NCBI RefSeq assembly: GCF_009914755.1
Contig: NC_060929.1
Strand: one strand, 5' to 3'
DNA from: the human T2T-CHM13v2.0 reference genome, Homo sapiens
Length of the DNA: 64,000 nt
Part shown: one piece after another, positions 1-13,300 of the stretch
Layout of the letters: every line of letters begins with the position of its first letter
How positions within the stretch are numbered: position 1 is the stretch's first letter
Notes under the pieces: model-generated
The model's input: only the letters and a program-made list of their open reading frames with translations
Database searches by the model: none
Told to the model about the DNA's origin: nothing
Translations under genes and position numbers: made by a program

Positions 1-200
1 CTGCAAGTGGATATTCAGACCTCTTTGAGGCCTTCGTTGGAAACGGGATTTCTTCATACTGTGCTAGACAGAAGAATTCTCAGTAACTTCCTTGTGTTGT
101 GTGTATTCAACTCACAGAGTTGACCGATCCTTTACACAGAGCAGACTTGTAACACTCTTTTTGTGGAATTTGCAAGTGGAGATTTCAGCCGCTTTGAAGT

Positions 201-217
201 CAAAGGTAGAAAAGGAA
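201..217 (+). promoter_or_regulatory. pJalpha-like (A-box) motif of the non-CENP-B monomer; representative copy, recurring every ~340 bp
   Basis: caaaggtagaaaaggaa, caatggtagaaaaggaa or caaaggcagaaaaggaa sits at the position equivalent to the CENP-B box, one monomer (~170 bp) away. Confidence 0.7.
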
Positions 218-1522
218 ATATCTTCGTATAAAAACTAGACAGAATGATTCTCAGAAACTCCTTTGTGATGTGTGCGTTCAACTCACAGAGTTTAACCTTT
301 CTTTTCATAGAGCAGTTAGGAAACACTCTGTTTCTAAAGTCTGCAAGTGGATATTCAGACCTGTTTGAGGCCTTCGTTGGAAACGGGTTTTTTTCATATA
401 AGGCTAGAGAGAAGAATTCCCAGTAACTTCCTTGTGTTGTGTGTGTTCAACTCACAGAGTTGAACTTTCATTTACACAGAGCAGATTTGAAACACTCTTT
501 TTGTGGAATTTGCAAGTGGAGATTTCAAGCGCTGTGAGGCCAAAGGCAGAAAAGGAAATATCTTCGTATAAAAACTAGACAGAATCGTTCTCAGAAACTG
601 CTCTGTGATGTGTGCGTTCAACTCTCAGAGTTTAACTTTTCTTTTCATTCAGCAGTTTGGAAACACTCTGTTTGTAAAGTCTGCACGTGGATAATTTGAC
701 CACTTAGAGGCCTTCGTTGGAAACGGGTTTTTTTCATGTAAGGCTAGACAGAAGAATTCTCAGTAACTTCCTTGTGTTGTGTGTATTCAACTCACAGAGT
801 TGAACGATCCTTTACACAGAGCAGACTTGTAACACTCTTTTTGTGGAATTTGCAAGTGGAGATTTCAGCCGCTTTGAAGTCAAAGGTAGAAAAGGAAATA
901 TCTTCCTATAAAAACTAGACAGAATGATTCTCAGAAACTCCTTTGTGATGTGTGCGTTCAACTCACAGAGTTTAACCTTTCTTTTCATAGAGCAGTTAGG
1001 AAACACTCTGCTTGTAAAGTCTGCAAGTGGATATTCAGCCCTCTTTGAGGCCTTCGTTGGAAACGGGTTTTTTTCATATAAGGCTAGACAGAAGAATTCC
1101 CAGTAACTTCCTTGTGTTGTGTGTGTTCAACTCACAGAGTTGAACTTTCATTTACACAGAGCAGATTTGAAACACTCTTTTTGTGGAATTTGCAAGTGGA
1201 GATTTCAAGCGCTTTGAGGCCAAAGGCAGAAAAGGAAATATCTTCGTATAAAAACTAGACAGAATCATTCTCAGAAACTGCTCTGCGATGTGTGCGTTCA
1301 ACTCTCAGAGTTTAACTTTTCTTTTCATTCAGCAGTTTGGAAACACTCTGTTTGTAAAGTCTGCACGTGGATATTTTGACCACTTAGAGGCCTTCGTTGG
1401 AAACGGGTTTTTTTCCTGTAAGGCTAGACAGAAGAATTCCCAGTAACTTCCTTGTGTTGTGTACATTCAACTCACAGAGTTGAACGTTCCCTTAGACAGA
1501 GCAGATTTGAAACACTCTTTTT

Positions 1523-4241
1523 GTGCAATTGGCAAGTGGAGATTTCAAGCGCTTTGAGGTCAATGGCAGAAAAGGAAATATCTTCGTTTCAAAACTAGAC
1601 AGAATCATTCCCACAAACTGCGTTGTGATGTGTTCGTTCAACTCACAGAGTTTAACCTTTCTTTTCATAGAGCAGTTAGGAAACAGTCTGTTTGAAAATT
1701 CTGTAAGTGGATATTCTGACATCTTGTGGCCTTCGTTGGAAACGGGATTTCTTCATATTCTGCTAGACAGAAGAATTCTCAGAATCTTCCTTGTGTTGTG
1801 TGTATTCAACTCACAGAGTTGAACGATGGTTTACACAGAGCAGATTTGAAACACTCATTTGGTGGAATTTGCAAGTGGAGATTTCAGCCGCTTTGAGGTC
1901 AATGGTAGAAAAGGAAATATCTTCGTATAACAACTAGACAGAATGATTCTCAGAAACTTCTTTGTGATGTGTGTGTTCAACTCACAGAGTTTAACCTTTC
2001 TTTTCATAGAGCAGTTAGGAAACACTGTGTTTTTAAACTCTGCAAGTGGATATTCAGACCTCTTTGAGGCCTTCGTTGGAAACGGGATTTCTTCATACTG
2101 TGCTAGACAGAAGAATTCTCAGTAACTTCCTTGTGTTGTGTGTATTCAACTCACAGAGTTGAACGATCCTTTACACAGAGCAGACTTGAAACACTCTTTT
2201 TGTGGAATTTGCAAGTGGAGATTTCAGCCGCGTTGAGGTCAATGGTAGAAAAGGAAATATCTTCGTATAAAAACTAGACAGAATGATTCTCAGAAACTCC
2301 TTTGTGATGTGTGTGTTCAACTCACAGAGTTTAACATTTCTTTTCATAGAGCAGTTAGGAAACACTCTGTTTGTAAAGTCTGCAAGTGGATATTCAGACC
2401 TCTTTGAGGCCTTCGTTGGAAACGGGTTTTTTTCATATAAGGCTAGACAGAAGAATTCCCAGTAACTTCCTTGTGTTGTGTGTGTTCAACTCACAGAGTT
2501 GAACTTTCATTTACACAGAGCAGATTTGAAACACTCTTTTTGTGGAATTTGCAAATGGAGATTTCAAGCGCTTTGAGGCCAAAGGCAGAAAAGGAAATAT
2601 CTTCGTATAAAAACTAGACAGAATCATTCTCAGAAACTGCTCTGCGATGTGTGCGTTCAACTCTCAGAGTTTAACTTTTCTTTTCATTCAGCATTTTGGA
2701 AACACTCTGTTTGTAAAGTCTGCACGTGGATAATTTGACCACTTAGAGGCCTTCGTTGGAAACGGGTTTTTTTCATGTAAGGCTAGACAGAAGAATTCTC
2801 AGTAACTTCCTTGTGTTGTGTGTATTCAACTCACAGAGTTGAACGATCCTTTACACAGAGCAGACTTGTAACACTCTTTTTGTGGAATTTGCAAGTGGAG
2901 ATTTCAGCCGCTTTGAAGTCAAAGGTAGAAAAGGAAATATCTTCCTATAAAAACTAGACAGAATGATTCTCAGAAACTCCTTTGTGATGTGTACGTTCAA
3001 CTCACAGAGTTTAACCTTTCTTTTCATAGAGCAGTTAGGAAACACTCTGTTTGTAAAGTCTGCAAGTGGATATTGAGACCTCTTTGAGGCCTTCGTTGGA
3101 AACGGGTTTTTTTCATATAAGGCTAGACAGAAGGATTCCCAGTAACTTCCTTGTGTTGTGTGTGTTCAACTCACAGAGTTGAACTTTCATTTACACAGAG
3201 CAGATTTGAAACACTCTTTTTGTGGAATTTGCAAGTGGAGATTTCAAGCGCTTTGAGGCCAAAGGCAGAAAAGGAAATATCTTCGTATAAAAACTAGACA
3301 GAATCATTCTCAGAAACTGCTCTGCGATGTGTGCGTTCAACTCTCAGAGTTTAACTTTTCTTTTCATTCAGCAGTTTGGAAACACTCTGTTTGTAACGTC
3401 TGCACGTGAATAATTTGACCACTTAGAGGCCTTCGTTGGAAACGGGTTTTTTTCATGTAAGGCTAGACAGAAGAATTCTCAGTAACTTCCTTGTGTTGTG
3501 TGTATTCAACTCACAGAGTTGAACGATCCTTTACACAGAGCAGACTTGTAACACTCTTTTTGTGGAATTTGCAAGTGGAGATTTCAGCCGCTTTGAAGTC
3601 AAAGGTAGAAAAGGAAATATCTTCCTATAAAAACTAGACAGAATGATTCTCAGAAACTCCTTTGTGATGTGTGCGTTCAACTCACAGAGTTTAACCTTTC
3701 TTTTCATAGAGCAGTTAGGAAACACTCTGCTTGTAAAGTCTGCAAGTGGATATTCAGACCTCTTTGAGGCCTTCGTTGGAAACGGGTTTTTTTCATATAA
3801 GGCTAGACAGAAGAATTCCCAGTAACTTCCTTGTGTTGTGTGTGTTCAACTCACAGAGTTGAACTTTCATTTACACAGAGCAGATTTGAAACACTCTTTT
3901 TGTGGAATTTGCAAGTGGAGATTTCAAGCGCTTTGAGGCCAAAGGCAGAAAAGGAAATATCTTCGTATAAAAACTAGACAGAATCATTCTCAGAAGCTGC
4001 TCTGCGATGTGTGCGTTCAACTCTCAGAGTTTAACTTTTCTTTTCATTCAGCAGTTTGGAAACACTCTGTTTGTAAAGTCTGCACGTGGATATTTTGACC
4101 ACTTAGAGGCCTTCGTTGGAAACGGGTTTTTTTCCTGTAAGGCTAGACAGAAGAATTCCCAGTAACTTCCTTGTGTTGTGTACATTCAACTCACAGAGTT
4201 GAACGTTCCCTTAGACAGAGCAGATTTGAAACACTCTTTTT
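1523..4241 (+). repeat. Representative 16-mer HOR unit A-B-(C-D)x3, 2719 bp
   Basis: Marker gtgcaattggc at 1523 and 4242. Other 16-mers start at 4242, 10354, 19862, 29376, 32094, 43308, 48404, 54519, 57237 and 59955. Confidence 0.9.
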
Positions 4242-6960
4242 GTGCAATTGGCAAGTGGAGATTTCAAGCGCTTTGAGGTCAATGGCAGAAAAGGAAATAT
4301 CTTCGTTTCAAAACTAGACAGAATCATTCCCACAAACTGCGTTGTGATGTGTTCGTTCAACTCACAGAGTTTAACCTTTCTTTTCATAGAGCAGTTAGGA
4401 AACAGTCTGTTTGAAAATTCTGTAAGTGGATATTCTGACATCTTGTGGCCTTCGTTGGAAACGGGATTTCTTCATATTCTGCTAGACAGAAGAATTCTCA
4501 GAATCTTCCTTGTGTTGTGTGTATTCAACTCACAGAGTTGAACGATGGTTTACACAGAGCAGATTTGAAACACTCATTTGGTGGAATTTGCAAGTGGAGA
4601 TTTCAGCCGCTTTGAGGTCAATGGTAGAAAAGGAAATATCTTCGTATAACAACTAGACAGAATGATTCTCAGAAACTTCTTTGTGATGTGTGTGTTCAAC
4701 TCACAGAGTTTAACCTTTCTTTTCATAGAGCAGTTAGGAAACACTGTGTTTTTAAACTCTGCAAGTGGATATTCAGACCTCTTTGAGGCCTTCGTTGGAA
4801 ACGGGTTTCTTCATACTGTGCTAGACAGAAGAATTCTCAGTAACTTCCTTGTGTTGTGTGTATTCAACTCACAGAGTTGAACGATCCTTTACACAGAGCA
4901 GACTTGAAACACTCTTTTTGTGGAATTTGCAAGTGGAGATTTCAGCCGCGTTGAGGTCAATGGTAGAAAAGGAAATATCTTCGTATAAAAACTAGACAGA
5001 ATGATTCTCAGAAACTCCTTTGTGATGTGTGTGTTCAACTCACAGAGTTTAACATTTCTTTTCATAGAGCAGTTAGGAAACACTCTGTTTGTAAAGTCTG
5101 CAAGTGGATATTCAGACCTCTTTGAGGCCTTCGTTGGAAACGGGTTTTTTTCATATAAGGCTAGACAGAAGAATTCCCAGTAACTTCCTTGTGTTGTGTG
5201 TGTTCAACTCACAGAGTTGAACTTTCATTTACACAGAGCAGATTTGAAACACTCTTTTTGTGGAATTTGCAAATGGAGATTTCAAGCGCTTTGAGGCCAA
5301 AGGCAGAAAAGGAAATATCTTCGTAGAAAAACTAGACAGAATCATTCTCAGAAACTGCTCTGCGATGTGTGCGTTCAACTCTCAGAGTTTAACTTTTCTT
5401 TTCATTCAGCAGTTTGGAAACACTCTGTTTGTAAAGTCTGCACGTGGATAATTTGACCACTTAGAGGCCTTCGTTGGAAACGGGTTTTTTTCATGTAAGG
5501 CTAGACAGAAGAATTCTCAGTAACTTCCTTGTGTTGTGTGTATTCAACTCACAGAGTTGAACGATCCTTTACACAGAGCAGACTTGTAACACTCTTTTTG
5601 TGGAATTTGCAAGTGGAGATTTCAGCCGCTTTGAAGTCAAAGGTAGAAAAGGAAATATCTTCCTATAAAAACTAGACAGAATGATTCTCAGAAACTCCTT
5701 TGTGATGTGTACGTTCAACTCACAGAGTTTAACCTTTGTTTTCATAGAGCAGTTAGGAAACACTCTGTTTGTAAAGTCTGCAAGTGGATATTCAGACCTC
5801 TTTGAGGCCTTCGTTGGAAACGGGTTTTTTTCATATAAGGCTAGACAGAAGGATTCCCAGTAACTTCCTTGTGTTGTGTGTGTTCAACTCACAGAGTTGA
5901 ACTTTCATTTACAAAGAGCAGATTTGAAACACTCTTTTTGTGGAATTTGCAATTGGAGATTTCAAGCGCTTTGAGGCCAAAGGCAGAAAAGGAAATATCT
6001 TCGTATAAAAACTAGACAGAATCATTCTCAGAAACTGCTCTGCGATGTGTGCGTTCAACTCTCAGAGTTTAACTTTTCTTTTCATTCAGCAGTTTGGAAA
6101 CACTCTGTTTGTAAAGTCTGCACGTGGATAATTTGACCACTTAGAGGCCTTCGTTGGAAACGGGTTTTTTTTCATGTAAGGCTAGACAGAAGAATTCTCA
6201 GTAACTTCCTTGTGTTGTGTGTATTCAACTCACAGAGTTGAACGATCCTTTACACAGAGCAGACTTGTAACACTCTTTTTGTGGAATTTGCAAGTGGAGA
6301 TTTCAGCCGCTTTGAAGTCAAAGGTAGAAAAGGAAATATCTTCCTATAAAAACTAGACAGAATGATTCTCAGAAACTCCTTTGTGATGTGTGCGTTCAAC
6401 TCACAGAGTTTAACCTTTCTTTTCATAGAGCAGTTAGGAAACACTCTGCTTGTAAAGTCTGCAAGTGGATATTCAGCCCTCTTTGAGGCCTTCGTTGGAA
6501 ACGGGTTTTTTTCATATAAGGCTAGACAGAAGAATTCCCAGTAACTTCCTTGTGTTGTGTGTGTTCAACTCACAGAGTTGAACTTTCATTTACACAGAGC
6601 AGATTTGAAACACTCTTTTTGTGGAATTTGCAAGTGGAGATTTCAAGGGCTTTGAGGCCAAAGGCAGAAAAGGAAATATCTTCGTATAAAAACTAGACAG
6701 AATCATTCTCAGAAGCTGCTCTGCGATGTGTGCGTTCAACTCTCAGAGTTTAACTTTTCTTTTCATTCAGCAGTTTGGAAACACTCTGTTTGTAAAGTCT
6801 GCACGTGGATATTTTGACCACTTAGAGGCCTTCGTTGGAAACGGGTTTTTTTCCTGTAAGGCTAGACAGAAGAATTCCCAGTAACTTCCTTGTGTTGTGT
6901 ACATTCCACTCACAGAGTTGAACGTTCCCTTAGACAGAGCAGATTTGAAACACTCTTTTT

Positions 6961-9900
6961 GTGCAATTGGCAAGTGGAGATTTCAAGCGCTTTAAGGTCA
7001 ATGGCAGAAAAGGAAATATCTTCGTTTCAAAACTAGACAGAATCATTCCCAAAAACTGCGTTATGATGTGTTCGTTCATCTCACAGAGTTTAACCTTTCT
7101 TTTCATAGAGCAGTTAGGAAACAGTCTGTTTGTAAATTCTGTAAGTGGATATTCTGACATCTTGTGGCCTTCGTTGGAAACGGGATTTCTTCATATTCTG
7201 CTAGACAGAAGAATTCTCAGAATCTTCCTTGTGTTGTGTGTATTCAACTCACAGAGTTGAACGATGGTTTACACAGAGCAGATTTGAAACACTCTTTTTG
7301 TGGAATTTGCAAGTGGAGATTTCAGCCGCTTTGAGGTCAATGGTAGAAAAGGAAATATCTTCGTATAAAAACTAGACCGAATGATTCTCAGAAACTTCTT
7401 TGTGATGTGTGCGTTCAACTCACAGAGTTTAACCTTTCTTTTCATAGAGTAGTTAGGAAACACTCTGTTTGTAAACTCTGCAAGTGGATATTCAGACCTC
7501 TTTGAGGCCTTCGTTGGAAACGGGATTTCTTCATACTGTGCTAGACAGAAGAATTCTCAGTAACTTCCTTGTGTTGTGTGTATTCAACTCACAGAGTTGA
7601 CCGATCCTTTACACAGAGCAGACTTGTAACACTCTTTTTGTGGAATTTGCAAGTGGAGATTTCAGCCGCTTTGAAGTCAAAGGTAGAAAAGGGAATATCT
7701 TCCTATAAAAACTAGACAGAATGATTCTCAGAAACTCCTTTGTGATGTGTGCGTTCAACTCACAGAGTTTAACCTTTCTTTTCATAGAGCAGTTAGGAAA
7801 CACTCTGTTTCTAAAGTCTGCAAGTGGATATTCAGACCTCTTTGAGGCCTTCGTTGGAAACGGGTTTTTTTCATATAAGGCTAGACAGAAGAATTCCCAG
7901 TAACTTCCTTGTGTTGTGTGTGTTCAACTCACAGAGTTGAACTTTCATTTACACAGAGCAGATTTGAAACACTCTTTTTGTGGAATTTGCAAGTGGAGAT
8001 TTCAAGCGCTGTGAGGCCAAAGGCAGAAAAGGAAATATCTTCGTATAAAAACTAGACAGAATCATTCTCAGAAACTGCTCTGCGATGTGTGCGTTCAACT
8101 CTCAGAGTTTAACTTTTCTTTTCATTCAGCAGTTTGGAAACACTCTGTTTGTAAAGTCTGCACGTGGATAATTTGACCACTTAGAGGCCTTCGTTGGAAA
8201 CGGGTTTTTTTCATGTAAGGCTAGACAGAAGAATTCTCAGTAACTTCCTTGTGTTGTGTGTATTCAACTCACACAGTTGAACGATCCTTTACACAGAGCA
8301 GACTTGTAACACTCTTTTTGTGGAATTTGCAAGTGGAGATTTCAGCCGCTTTGAAGTCAAATGTAGAAAAGGAAATATCTTCCTATAAAAACTAGACAGA
8401 ATGATTCTCAGAAACTCCTTTGTGATGTGTGCGTTCAACTCACAGAGTTTAACCTTTCTTTTCATAGAGCAGTTAGGAAACACTCTGTTTGTAAAGTCTG
8501 CAAGTGGATATTCAGACCTGTTTGAGGCCTTCGTTGGAAACGGGTTTTTTTCATATAAGGCTAGACAGAAGAATTCCCAGTAACTTCCTTGTGTTGTGTG
8601 TGTTCAACTCACAGAGTTGAACTTTCATTTACACAGAGCAGATTTGAAACACTCTTTTTGTGGAATTTGCAAGTGGAGATTTCAAGCGCTTTGAGGCCAA
8701 AGGCAGAAAAGGAAATATCTTCGTATAAAAACTAGACAGAATCATTCTCAGAAACTGCTCTGTGATGTGTGCGTTCAACTCTCAGAGTTTAACTTTTCTT
8801 TTCATTCAGCAGTTTGGAAACACTCTGTTTGTAAAGTCTGCACGTGGATAATTTGACCACTTAGAGGCCTTCGTTGGAAACGGGTTTTTTTCATGTAAGG
8901 CTAGACAGAAGAGTTCTCAGTAACTTCCTTGTGTTGTGTGTATTCAACTCACACAGTTGAAAGATCCTTTACACAGAGCAGACTTGTAACACTCTTTTTG
9001 TGGAATTTGCAAGTGGAGATTTCAGCCGCTTTGAAGTCAAAGTAGAAAAGGAAATATCTTCCTATAAAAACTAGACAGAATGATTCTCAGAAACTCCTTT
9101 GTGATGTGTGCGTTCAACTCACAGAGTTTAACCTTTCTTTTCATAGAGCAGTTAGGAAACACTCTGTTTGTAAAGTCTGCAAGTGGATATTCAGACCTCT
9201 TTGAGGCCTTCGTTGGAAACGGGATTTTTCATATAAGGCTAGACGGAAGAATTCCCAGTAACTTCCTTGTGTTGTGTGTGTTCAACTCACAGAGTTGAAC
9301 TTTCATTTACACAGAGCAGATTTGAAACACTCTTTTTGTGGAATTTGCAGGTGGAGATTTCAAGCGCTTTGAGGCCAAAGGCAGAAAAGGAAATATCTTC
9401 GTATGAAAACTAGACAGAATCATTCTCAGAAACTGCTCTGCGATGTGTGCGTTCAACTCTCAGAGTTTAACTTTTCTTTTCATTCAGCAGTTTGGAAACA
9501 CTGTGTAAAGTCTGCACGTGGATAATTTGACCACTTAGAGGCCTTCGTTGGAAACGGGTTTTTTTCATGTAAGGCTAGACAGAAGAATTCTCAGTAACTT
9601 CCTTGTGTTGTGTGTATTCAACTCACACAGTTGAACGATCCTTTACACAGAGCAGACTTGTAACACTCTTTTTGTGGAATTTGCAAGTGGAGATTTCAGC
9701 CGCTTTTAAGTCAAAGGTAGAAAAGGAAATATCTTCCTATAAAAACTAGACAGAATGATTCTCAGAAACTCCTTTGTGATGTGTGCGTTCAACTCACAGA
9801 GTTTAACCTTTCTTTTCATAGAGCAGTTAGGAAACACTCTGCTTGTAAAGTCTGCAAGTGGATATTCAGCCCTCTTTGAGGCCTTCGTTGGAAACGGGTT

Positions 9901-10353
9901 TTTTTCATATAAGGCTAGACAGAAGAATTCCCAGTAACTTCCTTGTGTTGTGTGTGTTCAACTCACAGAGTTGAACTTTGATTTACACAGAGCAGATTTG
10001 AAACACTCTTTTTGTGGAATTTGCAAGTGGAGATTTCAAGCGCTTTGAGGCCAAAGGCAGAAAAGGAAATATCTTCGTATAAAAACTAGACAGAATCATT
10101 CTCAGAAACTGCTCTGCGATGTGTGCATTCAACTCTCAGAGTTTAACTTTTCTTTTCATTCAGCAGTTTGGAAACACTCTGTTTGTAAAGTCTGCACGTG
10201 GATATTTTGACCACTTAGAGGCCTTCGTTGGAAACGGGTTTTTTTCCTGTAAGGCTAGACAGAAGAATTCCCAGTAACTTCCTTGTGTTGTGTACATTCA
10301 ACTCACAGAGTTGAACGTTCCCTTAGACAGAGCAGATTTGAAACACTCTTTTT
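6961..10353 (+). repeat. Representative 20-mer HOR unit A-B-(C-D)x4, ~3.39 kb
   Basis: Marker at 6961 and 10354 (3393 bp, shortened by small deletions). Other 20-mers start at 13072, 16466, 22580, 25978, 36511, 39910 and 51122. Confidence 0.9.
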
Positions 10354-13300
10354 GTGCAATTGGCAAGTGGAGATTTCAAGCGCTTTGAGGTCAATGGCAG
10401 AAAAGGAAATATCTTCGTTTCAAAACTAGACAGAATCATTCCCACAAACTGCGTTGTGATGTGTTCGTTCAACTCACAGAGTTTAACCTTTCTTTTCATA
10501 GAGCAGTTAGGAAACAGTCTGTTTGAAAATTCTGTAAGTGGATATTCTGACATCTTGTGGCCTTCGTTGGAAACGGGATTTCTTCATATTCTGCTAGACA
10601 GAAGAATTCTCAGAATCTTCCTTGTGTTGTGTGTATTCAACTCACAGAGTTGAACGATGGTTTACACAGAGCAGATTTGAAACACTCATTTGGTGGAATT
10701 TGCAAGTGGAGATTTCAGCCGCTTTGAGGTCAATGGTAGAAAAGGAAATATCTTCGTATAACAACTAGACAGAATGATTCTCAGAAACTTCTTTGTGATG
10801 TGTGTGTTCAACTCACAGAGTTTAACCTTTCTTTTCATAGAGCAGTTAGGAAACACTGTGTTTTTAAACTCTGCAAGTGGATATTCAGACCTCTTTGAGG
10901 CCTTCGTTGGAAACGGGTTTCTTCATACTGTGCTAGACAGAAGAATTCTCAGTAACTTCCTTGTGTTGTGTGTATTCAACTCACAGAGTTGAACGATCCT
11001 TTACACAGAGCAGACTTGAAACACTCTTTTTGTGGAATTTGCAAGTGGAGATTTCAGCCGCGTTGAGGTCAATGGTAGAAAAGGAAATATCTTCGTATAA
11101 AAACTAGACAGAATGATTCTCAGAAACTCCTTTGTGATGTGTGTGTTCAACTCACAGAGTTTAACATTTCTTTTCATAGAGCAGTTAGGAAACACTCTGT
11201 TTGTAAAGTCTGCAAGTGGATATTCAGACCTCTTTGAGGCCTTCGTTGGAAACGGGTTTTTTTCATATAAGGCTAGACAGAAGAATTCCCAGTAACTTCC
11301 TTGTGTTGTGTGTGTTCAACTCACAGAGTTGAACTTTCATTTACACAGAGCAGATTTGAAACACTCTTTTTGTGGAAGTTGCAAATGGAGATTTCAAGCG
11401 CTTTGAGGCCAAAGGCAGAAAAGGAAATATCTTCGTAGAAAAACTAGACAGAATCATTCTCAGAAACTGCTCTGCGATGTGTGCGTTCAACTCTCAGAGT
11501 TTAACTTTTCTTTTCATTCAGCAGTTTGGAAACACTCTGTTTGTAAAGTCTGCACGTGGATAATTTGACCACTTAGAGGCCTTCGTTGGAAACGGGTTTT
11601 TTTCATGTAAGGCTAGACAGAAGAATTCTCAGTAACTTCCTTGTGTTGTGTGTATTCAACTCACAGAGTTGAACGATCCTTTACACAGAGCAGACTTGTA
11701 ACACTCTTTTTGTGGAATTTGCAAGTGGAGATTTCAGCCGCTTTGAAGTCAAAGGTAGAAAAGGAAATATCTTCCTATAAAAACTAGACAGAATGATTCT
11801 CAGAAACTACTTTGTGATGTGTACGTTCAACTCACAGAGTTTAACCTTTGTTTTCATAGAGCAGTTAGGAAACACTCTGTTTGTAAAGTCTGCAAGTGGA
11901 TATTCAGACCTCTTTGAGGCCTTCGTTGGAAACGGGTTTTTTTCATATAAGGCTAGACAGAAGGATTACCAGTAACTTCCTTGTGTTGTGTGTGTTCAAC
12001 TCACAGAGTTGAACTTTCATTTACAAAGAGCAGATTTGAAACACTCTTTTTGTGGAATTTGCAATTGGAGATTTCAAGCGCTTTGAGGCCAAAGGCAGAA
12101 AAGGAAATATCTTCGTATAAAAACTAGACAGAATCATTCTCAGAAACTGCTCTGCGATGTGTGCGTTCAACTCTCAGAGTTTAACTTTTCTTTTCATTCA
12201 GCAGTTTGGAAACACTCTGTTTGTAAAGTCTGCACGTGGATAATTTGACCACTTAGAGGCCTTCGTTGGAAACGGGTTTTTTTCATGTAAGGCTAGACAG
12301 AAGAATTCTCAGTAACTTCCTTGTGTTGTGTGTATTCAACTCACAGAGTTGAACGATCCTTTACACAGAGCAGACTTGTAACACTCTTTTTGTGGAATTT
12401 GCAAGTGGAGATTTCAGCCGCTTTGAAGTCAAAGGTAGAAAAGGAAATATCTTCCTATAAAAACTAGACAGAATGATTCTCAGAAACTCCTTTGTGATGT
12501 GTGCGTTCAACTCACAGAGTTTAACCTTTCTTTTCATAGAACAGTTAGGAAACACTCTGCTTGTAAAGTCTGCAAGTGGATATTCAGCCCTCTTTGAGGC
12601 CTTCGTTGGAAACGGGTTTTTTTCATATAAGGCTAGACAGAAGAATTCCCAGTAACTTCCTTGTGTTGTGTGTGTTCAACTCACAGAGTTGAACTTTGAT
12701 TTACACAGAGCAGATTTGAAACACTCTTTTTGTGGAATTTGCAAGTGGAGATTTCAAGCGCTTTGAGGCCAAAGGCAGAAAAGGAAATATCTTCGTATAA
12801 AAACTAGACAGAATCATTCTCAGAAACTGCTCTGCGATGTGTGCGTTCAACTCTCAGAGTTTAACTTTTCTTTTCATTCAGCAGTTTGGAAACACTCTGT
12901 TTGTAAAGTCTGCACGTGGATATTTTGACCACTTAGAGGCCTTCGTTGGAAACGGGTTTTTTTCCTGTAAGGCTAGACAGAAGAATTCCCAGTAACTTCC
13001 TTGTGTTGTGTACATTCCACTCACAGAGTTGAACGTTCCCTTAGACAGAGCAGATTTGAAACACTCTTTTTGTGCAATTGGCAAGTGGAGATTTCAAGCG
13101 CTTTAAGGTCAATGGCAGAAAAGGAAATATCTTCGTTTCAAAACTAGACAGAATCATTCCCAAAAACTGCGTTATGATGTGTTCGTTCATCTCACAGAGT
13201 TTAACCTTTCTTTTCATAGAGCAGTTAGGAAACAGTCTGTTTGTAAATTCTGTAAGTGGATATTCTGACATCTTGTGGCCTTCGTTGGAAACGGGATTTC

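Noticed and set aside
684-689. E-box CACGTG in every D dimer
   Set aside because: It is a 6-bp motif one substitution away from the alphoid caagtg consensus, with no evidence of function from sequence alone.
6161-6175. Poly-T length changes after CENP-B boxes (extra T at ~6170, fewer at ~17370) and single-base indels at ~9225 and ~19440
   Set aside because: These are homopolymer slippage or sequencing error. The T-tracts are not terminators in this context.
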